A stretch of DNA of 63,791 nucleotides, counting the filler, from Asterionella formosa (lineage: Eukaryota): assembly GCA_002256025.1 (NCBI GenBank). It is 16 parts of 16 records of this genome, joined end to end, with 100 filler letters (N's around TTAATTAATTAA, not from the genome) between each part and the next. Parts side by side here need not be neighbours in the genome. Positions count along the whole stretch, not along the records: positions 61,764 to 63,791 come from NKIB01000598.1; 15 more parts are not named here. One strand, 5' to 3'. The notes under the pieces are model-generated. The model was not told where the DNA came from. It made no database searches and saw only the letters and a program-made list of their open reading frames with translations. The position numbers were made by a program, and so were the translations under genes. Shown piece by piece: positions 62,436 through 63,791 of the stretch. Within the stretch, counting starts at the first letter, position 1. Each line of letters starts with the position of its first letter.

Positions 62436-62747
62436 GAAAATGGATGATTGGTTGAATTTCGGTGGGAGAGTCTGCATTGAATTCATTGCCTGCCCCAATG
62501 TCGCTGTTCCTCTGTTGAATTAGACTGTATTGCAGTCGAGATTTGATTGTAATTGGCCACTTGACTGCCGTAATGTCGACGTAGTCTAGGTTTCCAATGG
62601 TGCAGACATTTGAGGATATGCTTGAAGTGTGAATTTAATCTGACTTTCGAGCTCCTTTGCTGGTGACGTTGTCATCACCTTAGCTGCTGAAGCATGTCAG
62701 CAACCAGTCTATGCTTGACACTTCCATATCCAACCAATCTATTTTTC
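62436..62747 (+). ncRNA. Candidate structured RNA element upstream of the RPS19 ATG, probably intronic
   Basis: Nested complementary segments form two long hairpins closed by a terminal helix (see findings). Confidence 0.55.
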
Positions 62748-62890
62748 AATTAAGCTGTTCCCTTGGTCTCCATAACTTGCGCTCGTTTGCGGGTAAAGTT
62801 CAGATCGTTGGCTAGAATTTGTCCCCTTCTTAAACCTTTCGCTTTTTTCTCACATATTTCCTCCTTTGTTTTTGTACAGTATTTATTACA

Positions 62891-63346
62891 ATGGCTGATG
62901 AACTAGAACCCCGTGGCATCTGTGTCCGTGATGTGTCCGCACAGGCCTTCATCGCCGCATATGCGGACCATTTGAAGAACTCTGACAAGTTTGAGCTTCC
63001 TGTTTGGGCTGACACTGTCAAGACGGGTGTCTTCAAGGATCTTGCTCCGTATGGCGATGATTGGTACTACATTCGTGCCGCTTCTATTGCCCGCAAGGTT
63101 TATCTTCGACCTGGAATCGGAATTGGACAACTTCAAAAATGGTATGGTGGATCCTACCGTCGTGGTGCCCGAACGGAGCATTTCCGAAAGGCAGCATCTG
63201 GTATTATTCGCTCTGTCCTTCTTCAACTGGAGGAGATGAGAGTGACAGAAAAGCTCGAATCTGGTGGTCGTCGTGTCACCCGTGTTGGACAACAAGATTT
63301 GGACCGTATCGCTGGTGCCGTCTTTCACGCAGCTGAAGAAGAATAG
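62891..63346 (+). CDS. RPS19: 40S ribosomal protein eS19
   Basis: VRDV..QAFI..YA, DTVKTG, DWYYIRAASIARK and GQQDLDRIA. A polypyrimidine tract and CAG acceptor lie 11 nt before the ATG. Confidence 0.97.
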   Translation: MADELEPRGICVRDVSAQAFIAAYADHLKNSDKFELPVWADTVKTGVFKDLAPYGDDWYYIRAASIARKVYLRPGIGIGQLQKWYGGSYRRGARTEHFRKAASGIIRSVLLQLEEMRVTEKLESGGRRVTRVGQQDLDRIAGAVFHAAEEE

Positions 63347-63577
63347 TCAACATTAGCATTTACAAATTGAATATTAAATAACTTCTGTCACATCAACTTG
63401 ACGTCTTGAGATAGAAATTCGCTAGTCTATTAAGCGAAGTATGTTCATCAGTGGCTCTGATAGATCTTGGTGCCCGTTCCCATATTCAAGCATTTATGGC
63501 TGCGAGGGAACAGCGACTAGGAATGTAATTTTTATCGAGACGGAAACGAGAGTAATTGGGATTCTAAAAGTACTTGA

Positions 63578-63790
63578 TTAGTGTGCAGTGAAATCCTCAC
63601 TGCTGCTGCTGCTGTCGTTCCCATTGTCGAGGTTTTGGCCCAGTTGCTCCAGTTTCTTATTGACCAAGATCGCCGTGGCATTGGTAGTATCGATTCCATG
63701 ACTTTGGAAGATGGAGCGAGCCTCCTTGAATGCTTCTGTAGCACGATCAAAATGACGTGTTGCTTCGAAGACGAGACCAGTGCTGCTGAG
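63578..63790 (-). CDS. 3' end of a probable TPR-repeat protein
   Basis: Open frame LSSTGLVFEATRHFDRATEAFKEARSIF...EDFTAH* with TPR-like spacing of small and hydrophobic residues. Confidence 0.5.
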   Translation of the reverse strand, partial: LSSTGLVFEATRHFDRATEAFKEARSIFQSHGIDTTNATAILVNKKLEQLGQNLDNGNDSSSSSEDFTAH

Positions 63791-63791
63791 A

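Noticed and set aside
62436..62747. RNase P/MRP, SRP, U3, U13 or telomerase RNA identity
   Set aside because: The GGAGAGTCTG partner is central rather than at the 3' end, and I saw no SRP helix-8 motif, U3 boxes, 18S 3'-end guide or telomere template.

Overview
Eukaryotic nuclear DNA, most likely a diatom (inferred from short GT-AG introns, stramenopile-like genes and diatom-like Copia, Gypsy, DIRS and Harbinger elements). Bases 1-31834 are a single scaffold. It carries a spliced cystatin, an ankyrin+LRR protein, an IRE1 kinase/RNase with an extra C-terminal CCCH zinc finger, UTP13/TBL3, a band-7/HIR protein, a probable Mis12 and several decayed transposons. After 31834 the window is 15 contigs of about 2 kb, joined by N-TTAATTAATTAA-N linkers and ordered by decreasing length, so adjacency there carries no biological meaning. 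Those contigs hold a cNMP-binding protein fragment, a bestrophin, PIG-C, an ABCA fragment, RPS19 and many TE pieces. The best leads are: (1) a ~310-nt extensively base-paired element with internal repeats in the apparent 5'-UTR intron of RPS19; (2) the IRE1-CCCH fusion; (3) dispersed TACC(W)GGTA/GGTACC motif clusters flanking genes and LTR ends; (4) a tRNA-derived Pol III head, possibly a SINE. All calls were made by eye from motifs; no searches were run.
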